Origin: Burkholderiales bacterium
Lineage (GTDB): Bacteria > Pseudomonadota > Gammaproteobacteria > Burkholderiales > SG8-39
Assembly: GCA_014860355.1 (NCBI GenBank)
Contig: JACZJV010000062.1
Span: 759 to 64,758, forward strand
Length of the DNA stretch: 64,000 bases
Direction of reading: 5' to 3'
Of the stretch, positions 18,741 to 25,822 are shown piece after piece. The notes below the pieces were generated by a model that was not told the origin of the DNA, made no database searches, and saw nothing but the letters and a program-made list of their open reading frames with translations. Each line of letters opens with the position of its first letter. The first letter of the stretch is position 1. The translations under genes were made by a program, and so were the position numbers.

Positions 18741-21700
18741 CTAACGTTTGAATACGACCACGCCTGAAGCGGTGACTGCGGCTGGATTAGAGGATGTGTT
18801 GCCGCCGTGATTGAGCGAGTAAGCCATGCCCACGCCATTTCCGGTCTGCCCGGTAAATCCGCCGACCAGCGAGCCGGAGGTGTCGGCAGGGTTGGCCCCG
18901 AGGGACGTAGTTACGGTCATCGAACCGATGGTGTCGCCGAGTTTCTTCCCGGCCTGGAAGACATTGGCGCTGATCGGAATTCCGGTTGCGCTTGCGCCCC
19001 AGGTGTTGCCCCCGACCGTCAAATTGCTGAGCGTGGCATTGACTGTCTGCGCGGTGAAATTCGCCGTCAGGCTGGCGTTCGCAGCCGTCAGTGCCGCGCC
19101 CACGTTGCCGTTGCTGTCGACCGGGGAGGTGCCGCCTGCGAAGGTGTAGTTGAACGTTCCGGTGATCGGCAGCACGGTCGGCCCCGACTGACTGCCGCTG
19201 ATGACGAAAGGCACGCTCTGGGTTGCCGCGACCACGCCCAGCGAGGCGCCGCTGATGCGGTCGGTGACGCCGATGGTGCCGTTGCCGTAGCGGCCCCAGC
19301 GCATGCCGGTGGCGGGATCGTAACCCGCCTCGAGCACGGTTGCGGTTCCGACCGACGCGGCACCGGTCGCGCCGGCGACGGCGTAGACGACCGGAATATC
19401 GTTTACGAACGAGCAGTTAGTCGTGCATGGAGGCCCGTTGACTACCAGTACCGGCAGTTGCCCGTCCATCCTGACCGGGAGATTGTTGACGAACTGGGTC
19501 CGGTACGCCGACAGGAAGCCGCCGTCTATGCGGGTGTTTTCGCTGGGTTCCAACTCGCCTAGCAGCGTCATGCCCGGTACATTCAGGGCGAGATGGTACG
19601 GGGTCAGCGTGCTATAGGGCGTACCGTTCAAACTGAAGGCAAGCGCCCCGCTTGCGGTTTCGGTAGGGCAAGGACCGGAGGTGCAGGGGAGGAAGCCGTT
19701 CAGGTTGTAGGTAACCCCCGCGCCGCCGGCGCCGATGCCCATAAGCTGGCCCTCCATGGTGCCGAAGGTACCGGTGCTGCCGGTCAAGGTAATATTCATG
19801 TTGTCGTGCGAGCTGGTCGGCTGCACGGTAGTGCCTGAGGCTATGGTGGCGCCCGAATTTCCGGCGTTGGCGTGGAACGAGCCTTCCTGATCCAGACGGA
19901 TGCCGGGAGCGGAAACGACCCAGTTGCCCGCCGGCGTGGTCGCCTGCATATCGAAATTGACCGACGCGTTGCCAAAGTTGACCGTCAGCCCTGCAGAATT
20001 GACAGTGCCGATGGCGCCGTTCTGGTCGTGCAAAACCGAGGTGCCAAGATTATAGGTGGCGGTTCCCGGCACGACCACGCCGGTTGAATTGGTATAGCCT
20101 GCAATTGCGCCCGGCAGATAGATGGGGAAGGGCGCGGGCCCCCTGACCCAGGACAGGCCGTCACCAAGGACGGTTCGCGGTACTGGGTCCACGCATCCTG
20201 TGGTACCGAAGCAACCGTTGAAATCGACGCCGCTCACGGTCAGCGTCGGCGACGGCGACTGCCAACCGAGTAAAATGCTGCCATCGGTCGCGGTCGCAGT
20301 GCTTCCTATGGCAAGTGCCGTCGGCGTTGCGGGAGTCGCCGTGCCGCCGGACAATGCCAGTGCGCGATTGTCGCCAAACACCGAGGAATCACCCGGTTCC
20401 GTAATCGATACCAGATTCCCCGCCGCATCCGTCACCAGGCTGGTTTGCGGACGATCTGTCCAGAAGTTTCCGCTACTGCTCTGGTTGAACGAGTTGATTG
20501 CGTCAAAGTACGAGTACGTCGCGACTACCGTTACCGGGGCGACCGGTGCCGCTACGGGATAGGAGGCGCTCGTCGGAAGCACGATCTCGGGTCCCAGTTT
20601 GAATGCTACCAGTCCATTGATGTAGTCATCGACGACGCGACCCGCGGGTGGCGTAACTGCGTTCACCCCATAATTCGTATTGAAGGTGTAGCGGAAGAAT
20701 GCGCCATCGGCCGTTCCCGCATTGCCGGTCGCGCTGTCGAAACCGCCGCGTATGCGCCCGCCGTAGGCCGATACGCCGGTCGCTATATCGGGCGCACAGC
20801 CGCTGCCGAAACAGCCGATGTGCAGGTTGTCGGTGCCGGCAGGGTTGTTGGACGCGCCGCTGCTCACGTTAAATCCGCCGTTTGAAATCGGCGCATTGTC
20901 GAAGCGCGCGCTCAGGTTTTGGATCCCCAGCGATCCCGCAGGACCGCTGGGCATGGTGATTCTGACCGCGGCGCTCGCCTTGCTGTTGGTAAAGTCGGCG
21001 CTCAGGCGCGCGCCGTCCAGCGTTCCGACATTGCCGTAGCTGTCGGTCGGTGCGGTCGCGAACGACGGCGCGCCCGCGGCATCGCCGATGCGCGTGTACT
21101 GAAACACGCCCGTCAGCGGCAGCGAACTCGGTATCTGCGCCACGACCCACTGCAGGCTGCGTGCGGCGCCATCCGGGGCCAGCAGCGACTCGACGTAGCT
21201 GGTGCCGGTCGACAAATCGGTCACGTTGACGGCGCCGCCGCTCCAGCGCCCGAAGCGGATGCTGGTGGCAGGGTCAAAGTAGCTCTCGGCAGCTGTTCCG
21301 CCGCTGAACGATAGCCGCGCGTGCGCGAGCGGGGTGGGGATGGCGAACTGTGTCCGGCTTCCCGGGACATCATTCGCATGGTCGAAAACCACGTGCGGCG
21401 TATCGAGTACGCCGATCAGGTTGCCGCTGGTATCGAACAGGAAATTCGTGTTGACCGTCGATCCGGTTAGCGTTACCGGCGTAGTCGACGGTGTAGTCAG
21501 CGGTGTGTCCGGCGTCCCGGTCGCATTGTTGAACAGGTTTGAACTGGTCTTGTCGCTGACGATATAGGTGGTGACCGCCGGGTCGACCCCGGGGGCAATC
21601 TGGGTGGTGTCCCACAGCACCTCATTGCGCAGCACGGCTGTACTGGAAAAATTGGTTACTACCACGGTAGGCACGTCGACTACCGGAATAGTGCTGCCGT

Positions 21701-22622
21701 CCGGAGGTGTCACGGTCGACCCGGTCAAATCCAGGGTCGCACCGGCTGCTCCGGTTGCCGTCAGCGCTACTACAGGTGCGGAAGCTGTCGGCGAGACGGG
21801 TATGGGTGATGCGGCCGGCGCGGTGGCGGTGGCACTGGCCGGATCGACCACTGCCGTATCCCGAATCTCCCCCGTAGCCTCCGCGGCTTGCTCGCCAGGC
21901 GCCGCCGCCGCTGTTTCCTGTTGTCCTCCCTCCTTGGATTCCTCCTTGGCTTTTTGTGTTCCTGGCTCCGGCGTCGGTTTATAGAAAGGCGGAATCTTCG
22001 GCAGGATCACGGGCGCGGCCCTGGTCACCGGCGCGAACCCCACCTGGTTGGGCTGTATGTCTATGCTGCCGGCATCGTTGCGGATGAAAGCAACTCCGAC
22101 GTTGACTTTGTCGTAGCTGCCGGGCTCGGCGACGGATGTCTGCCCAGGTGCCGGCGCCAGAATTACCATGGGTTCGTGGTCCGTGCCGCGAATGCCGATG
22201 GTGGCAGTAGCCGTTTTTATCAGATAGTTCTGCTTGTTGGTGCGTCCGATGAAGCCGGTGATGGTGCGAAAACCGCCCCGCAACAGCGAAACGACGGCGC
22301 TTTCCTGGCCGTCCTCCTTGCCGCTGTAGCGGTAGGTATCGAAGCCCATGTCGGTGTTGGGCCGGATCGCGATGAATCCGCCATCGACCATCTTTATCTG
22401 CGCGGAAGAACTCGCGGCTGTGACTATCCTGTCACCTTCATTTACTTCGTCGCCTTTATTCAAGGCGCGCGTTTCACCCGCCTTGGTGACGAGCTTGACG
22501 TCGCCGATCACGAATTGCACGTTGCCGGCTGCGCCGAATGCAGCGCCCGCATAGGCGGCGAGCAGCAGCAGAGCGGGGAGGGCCTTGAGCGGATTTTTCC
22601 AGGAAAACAGCATGGCGTTCAC
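18741..22622 (-). CDS. giant secreted protein: signal peptide + FecR-type domain + Pro/Ala/Thr-rich linker + three TbpB/Slam-cargo-like beta-barrel modules
   Basis: 1,293-aa ORF (GTG 22622 or ATG 22613). Signal peptide ...LLLLAAYAGAAFG/AAG with no Cys. aa 33-150 follow the FecR pattern (GDRIVT..SSAQIKMVDGGFIAIRPNT...TATATIGIRGTDHE). The C-terminus ...GSLVGGFTGQTGNGVGMAYSL...ASGVVVFKR resembles the TbpB C-lobe ending. Lies 12 nt downstream of the DUF560-like gene. Confidence 0.9.
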   Translation of the reverse strand: MNAMLFSWKNPLKALPALLLLAAYAGAAFGAAGNVQFVIGDVKLVTKAGETRALNKGDEVNEGDRIVTAASSSAQIKMVDGGFIAIRPNTDMGFDTYRYSGKEDGQESAVVSLLRGGFRTITGFIGRTNKQNYLIKTATATIGIRGTDHEPMVILAPAPGQTSVAEPGSYDKVNVGVAFIRNDAGSIDIQPNQVGFAPVTRAAPVILPKIPPFYKPTPEPGTQKAKEESKEGGQQETAAAAPGEQAAEATGEIRDTAVVDPASATATAPAASPIPVSPTASAPVVALTATGAAGATLDLTGSTVTPPDGSTIPVVDVPTVVVTNFSSTAVLRNEVLWDTTQIAPGVDPAVTTYIVSDKTSSNLFNNATGTPDTPLTTPSTTPVTLTGSTVNTNFLFDTSGNLIGVLDTPHVVFDHANDVPGSRTQFAIPTPLAHARLSFSGGTAAESYFDPATSIRFGRWSGGAVNVTDLSTGTSYVESLLAPDGAARSLQWVVAQIPSSLPLTGVFQYTRIGDAAGAPSFATAPTDSYGNVGTLDGARLSADFTNSKASAAVRITMPSGPAGSLGIQNLSARFDNAPISNGGFNVSSGASNNPAGTDNLHIGCFGSGCAPDIATGVSAYGGRIRGGFDSATGNAGTADGAFFRYTFNTNYGVNAVTPPAGRVVDDYINGLVAFKLGPEIVLPTSASYPVAAPVAPVTVVATYSYFDAINSFNQSSSGNFWTDRPQTSLVTDAAGNLVSITEPGDSSVFGDNRALALSGGTATPATPTALAIGSTATATDGSILLGWQSPSPTLTVSGVDFNGCFGTTGCVDPVPRTVLGDGLSWVRGPAPFPIYLPGAIAGYTNSTGVVVPGTATYNLGTSVLHDQNGAIGTVNSAGLTVNFGNASVNFDMQATTPAGNWVVSAPGIRLDQEGSFHANAGNSGATIASGTTVQPTSSHDNMNITLTGSTGTFGTMEGQLMGIGAGGAGVTYNLNGFLPCTSGPCPTETASGALAFSLNGTPYSTLTPYHLALNVPGMTLLGELEPSENTRIDGGFLSAYRTQFVNNLPVRMDGQLPVLVVNGPPCTTNCSFVNDIPVVYAVAGATGAASVGTATVLEAGYDPATGMRWGRYGNGTIGVTDRISGASLGVVAATQSVPFVISGSQSGPTVLPITGTFNYTFAGGTSPVDSNGNVGAALTAANASLTANFTAQTVNATLSNLTVGGNTWGASATGIPISANVFQAGKKLGDTIGSMTVTTSLGANPADTSGSLVGGFTGQTGNGVGMAYSLNHGGNTSSNPAAVTASGVVVFKR

Positions 22623-22634
22623 CTTGTGCGAAAA

Positions 22635-23984
22635 TTATTTGAAGTCGCGGCGGATCGAAATCGAAATGTCGGTGCGGTCGAACTGGTACAGCACGATATT
22701 GGAGTTGTTGCGTATGTAGGAGACCTGCGGGCGTATCGTCCACAGCTTGTCGTAGTGCCAGTTGACGCCGATGTTGGCGTCATATTGGTTGTCGTCGCGG
22801 AACACCGGCTGGGCGGGCGTGCTGAATGAAGCATTGGCCAGATCGTACTTGCTGAACTGTGCGCCGACGCCGGCGAAGAGTTCGGTTCTCTGGTTGAGTT
22901 GCACCTGTCCACCCAGACGCAGGCCGCTGAAGTCCTTGCCGCCGTCGGCGCGCAACGGTGCGCGCTCGTTCCCGGTAAACAGGCTGGCGAACACCAGGCC
23001 CTTGCCGTCGTTGATCACGCGCAGCCAATTGGCGCCGAACAAGGATTGATCGAAGTCATTGACGCTGATCGTGGGTTCGAAGCGGTAACTCGCGTACTGC
23101 CCGAACGCGCTCACCTGGTTGGCAGGGTTGAGCAGATAACGCCATTCCGCGTTGACGCCGCTGGTGTCGCGGTTGTTCTTCCCGTCCAGATCGTATTTTC
23201 CGCCGAGCACGCCGAGGCGGAACATATTCGTAGTCTGGCCCACGGCGATGCCGGCGCGCGCGTCGACGCTGAGGGAATCAAATGTGTCCTGGGTGTTGTT
23301 GCTGCGGCCGCGTACGTCAGCGCCGGCAAAAAGGCCGAAGTTCGAATTGACCCGGTGGCTGATCTCGCCGCCGAGCCCCAGGCCCAGATAGCTGTCTGCG
23401 GTCTTGACGCCGGTCGGATCGAGGATGAAAACCAGGTCGCCCAGAGCCGGCACCGCTATCGAACTATTGCTGGTGGCGTAATTGATGTTGCTGTCGTGGC
23501 CCCAGGTGCCTTCGATATAGCCTGTGGCGACGGTTTTCTTGGCGTCTTCGTGCTTGTCGATCAATGCGAGGTAGTTGTCTATGAGCTTCTTGGCCGCCGG
23601 CGGCGGTTTTTGCGTCAGCACAGTTTCGAATTCAGCCTTGGCGCGGGTGTAGTCGCCCAATTGATAATAGGCGCGCCCCATGTCTATGCGTGCGCCGGCG
23701 AAATTGGGGTCGACTGCCAGTACGCGCTCGAAGGCGATCGTGGCTTTGTCCGGCTTGCCGCTGTCCAATGCAGCTACGCCCAGGAGGTAGTCGAACTTGA
23801 TGTTGCCGGCCTGTGCGAACTCGAACGGTTCGAGCAGGGAATACGCTTCGGCCGCTTTTCCCTGTTTGAGCAGCGCGTTCGCCTTGTCCAGATCGGCCTC
23901 CGCTGCAAGCACGGAATTTGCCGCCACCCACAAACAGAACCCCAGGGCAAGCAAGGTCCGCCTGACCGAAAATAAATTCGTCAT
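22635..23984 (-). CDS. TPR + DUF560 outer-membrane beta-barrel protein (Slam / type XI secretion-like)
   Basis: ATG 23984 preceded by GGGAGTAGGA. Signal peptide MTNLFSVRRTLLALGFCLWVAANSVLA/AEA. TPR-like repeats (AFERVLAVDPNFAGARIDMGRAYYQLGDYTRAKAEFETVL). Barrel region starts GHDSNINYAT and ends NNSNIVLYQFDRTDISISIRRDFK, recalling Neisseria Slam1 (..HNINQA.. / ..RSNDVFNEYEKN....F). Confidence 0.8.
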   Translation of the reverse strand: MTNLFSVRRTLLALGFCLWVAANSVLAAEADLDKANALLKQGKAAEAYSLLEPFEFAQAGNIKFDYLLGVAALDSGKPDKATIAFERVLAVDPNFAGARIDMGRAYYQLGDYTRAKAEFETVLTQKPPPAAKKLIDNYLALIDKHEDAKKTVATGYIEGTWGHDSNINYATSNSSIAVPALGDLVFILDPTGVKTADSYLGLGLGGEISHRVNSNFGLFAGADVRGRSNNTQDTFDSLSVDARAGIAVGQTTNMFRLGVLGGKYDLDGKNNRDTSGVNAEWRYLLNPANQVSAFGQYASYRFEPTISVNDFDQSLFGANWLRVINDGKGLVFASLFTGNERAPLRADGGKDFSGLRLGGQVQLNQRTELFAGVGAQFSKYDLANASFSTPAQPVFRDDNQYDANIGVNWHYDKLWTIRPQVSYIRNNSNIVLYQFDRTDISISIRRDFK

Positions 23985-24064
23985 GAATTTCCTACTCCCA
24001 GCGCTTGGTCTTGGACGGGTCGATAAGACCCATTTGTTCCGAATGCGAAAGCGCATGCCAATGA

Positions 24065-24081
24065 TTGATATCCGATATCAA
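24065..24081. promoter_or_regulatory. 17-bp perfect palindrome TTGATATC-C-GATATCAA upstream of the DUF560/giant-protein operon (candidate operator)
   Basis: Read directly from the sequence. Lies about 80 nt upstream of ATG 23984, in the only AT-rich stretch of this region. Confidence 0.4.
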
Positions 24082-24248
24082 CTTTGGCTTGCGTACGCAC
24101 GGAGCTAAACTTCATTTCCCGGATATGGCCGAATTTCTGCTTTTGTTCAGATTTTCATTCTGGCTGCAATCTAACATAGTATGGTCAGATTGGTAAATTT
24201 ATTGCTGCTATCAAGAGCATGCAGGACTCAAGTATCATTTGCATGTGC

Positions 24249-24338
24249 GCCAGGGTGGTGAAATTGGTATACACAGCGGGCTTAAAACCCGCCGCCGCTA
24301 ATCCCGGCATGCCGGTTCGACCCCGGTCCCTGGCACCA
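24249..24338 (+). tRNA. leuZ: tRNA-Leu (anticodon TAA), class II with long variable arm
   Basis: 90 nt. Acceptor gccaggg/ccctggc, anticodon stem-loop gcggg-ctTAAaa-cccgc, variable arm gccg..cggc, T arm gccgg-ttcgacc-ccggt, encoded CCA. Confidence 0.88.
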
Positions 24339-24646
24339 GTCTGAAATCAACGTCCGTGATGAATGCCCGATTGCGAAATTGGCGGCTGGGCTGACCTTGT
24401 TCTAGATCCGCCTGCCGATCAATAGACCAATCGGCCTAGTGGCGCAGAAATTTGGTCATGTATTGAGATAAATCAAAACAGACAATCCGATGGCGCGGAC
24501 CTTGTAGTCCCGTCCAGGGCGCCACAGGCAAGGAGCCGTACGTGAACATCGCGACGTTCCGCAAGCACAACCAGTCCGGGCCGGATTCGGGTTTCCTTTC
24601 CGATTTCTGCTCCGATATGGGCTAGAATGAAATCGGACATAGATGC

Positions 24647-25075
24647 ATGATCGTATTTGACCTAATCTGCCGGGAACAACATCGCTTCGAGGGCTGGTTT
24701 GCCTCGGGTGATGATTTCACTGCGCAACAAGACAGTGGCTTGCTCGCGTGCCCGGTATGCGGCGGCGCAAATGTGGAAAAACTGCCGACGGCCAAGATCC
24801 GGAAACAGCAGTCGGAGGCTGCGCCACCGGACGTACGGGCCGGCGCGGCGCAAGGCGCGCTGAAGGTGGAAGCGTCCCGTATCATCGACTACATCCTGAC
24901 CCACAGCGAGGACGTGGGCAAAAGCTTCGCTGCGGAAGCGCGCAGGATCCATTACCGGGAAGCGCCCCAGCGCAACATACGCGGCGTCGCTACCCGTTCC
25001 GAGTCCGAAGACCTGCGCGACGAAGGCGTCCAGGTGTTCACGCTGCCGGTCCCGACTCGCGACCGCTGGAACTAG
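24647..25075 (+). CDS. DUF1178-like zinc-ribbon protein
   Basis: N-terminus MIVFDLICREQHRFEGWFASGDDFTAQQDSGLLACPVCG with a C..H...CxxC arrangement; 142 aa. Confidence 0.7.
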   Translation: MIVFDLICREQHRFEGWFASGDDFTAQQDSGLLACPVCGGANVEKLPTAKIRKQQSEAAPPDVRAGAAQGALKVEASRIIDYILTHSEDVGKSFAAEARRIHYREAPQRNIRGVATRSESEDLRDEGVQVFTLPVPTRDRWN

Positions 25076-25172
25076 GGGCACCGCGCAGTAACCGACCGCG
25101 GGTACCGAGACAATATAATGCGCATATGTGTATTATGTAAAATGTTAGCCGCAAGCAAAATGACTGTCATGC

Positions 25173-25805
25173 CTATTCCTTCGCTCCCGCCTGCCTGAGC
25201 AAGTCCGCGATATCGGTATTCCCGCCCTTTAGCGCCCATCCCAGGGCCGTAGCGCCCGAATCGCTTCTGATATTCGGATCCGCCACCTCCCACAACAGCA
25301 GCCTGACTGTCTCGAGTCGACCATAGCGGGCGGCCATCATCAGCGCCGACACGCCGCTGGGCGCAAGCGCGTCGATTTCCGCGCCTTTTTCCAGGAGAAA
25401 TTTGACCATGTCGGTGTGACCGCGCCAGGCGGCGTAAATCAAGGGGTTCCAGCCCTGGACATTGATCTGCGCGCCATGGGCCACCAGCAACTCGACCAGT
25501 TCCAGGCTGCCGCTGGCTGCCGCGAGCATGAGTGCCGTCTCCCCGTAACGGTTGCGGGCGTTGACCTTGGCCTGCAGTCGCAGCAGGTATTCGGCCATCT
25601 CGGTTTGGCCCTCCTTGACCGCGAGCATAAGCAAGGTGTGGCCTTCGGGATCGCTGGTGTTCACGTCGATGCCCTTTGCAAACAGGGCCTCGGCCGTCGA
25701 AAGATCGTTCAACTTTACCGCGTTGAGGATGTCGTCATAGGACTCCGCGAGCGCGCTTGTACTCTGAAGGGACAAAAACACAATAATGCATAATCTCAAT
25801 AACAT
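25173..25805 (-). CDS. secreted ankyrin-repeat protein
   Basis: ATG 25805 gives signal peptide MLLRLCIIVFLSLQSTSALA/ES, followed by about 5 ANK repeats (G.TLLMLAV..G..E....LL..A.VNA pattern repeated). Confidence 0.85.
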   Translation of the reverse strand: MLLRLCIIVFLSLQSTSALAESYDDILNAVKLNDLSTAEALFAKGIDVNTSDPEGHTLLMLAVKEGQTEMAEYLLRLQAKVNARNRYGETALMLAAASGSLELVELLVAHGAQINVQGWNPLIYAAWRGHTDMVKFLLEKGAEIDALAPSGVSALMMAARYGRLETVRLLLWEVADPNIRSDSGATALGWALKGGNTDIADLLRQAGAKE

Positions 25806-25822
25806 ATCATTCTTTATTAATG

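Noticed and set aside
18807-22829. Multiple 60-313-aa plus-strand ORFs inside the giant minus-strand gene (e.g. 21888-22829, 18807-19562)
   Set aside because: Antisense to a continuous 1,293-codon ORF that has a signal peptide, a recognisable domain and internal repeats. Their compositions are Arg/Gly/Ala-rich shadow type.
24058-24085. Fur box overlapping the TTGATATC-C-GATATCAA palindrome
   Set aside because: Aligned by eye against GATAATGATAATCATTATC in several registers, only scattered matches appear. It is kept as an unassigned operator candidate.
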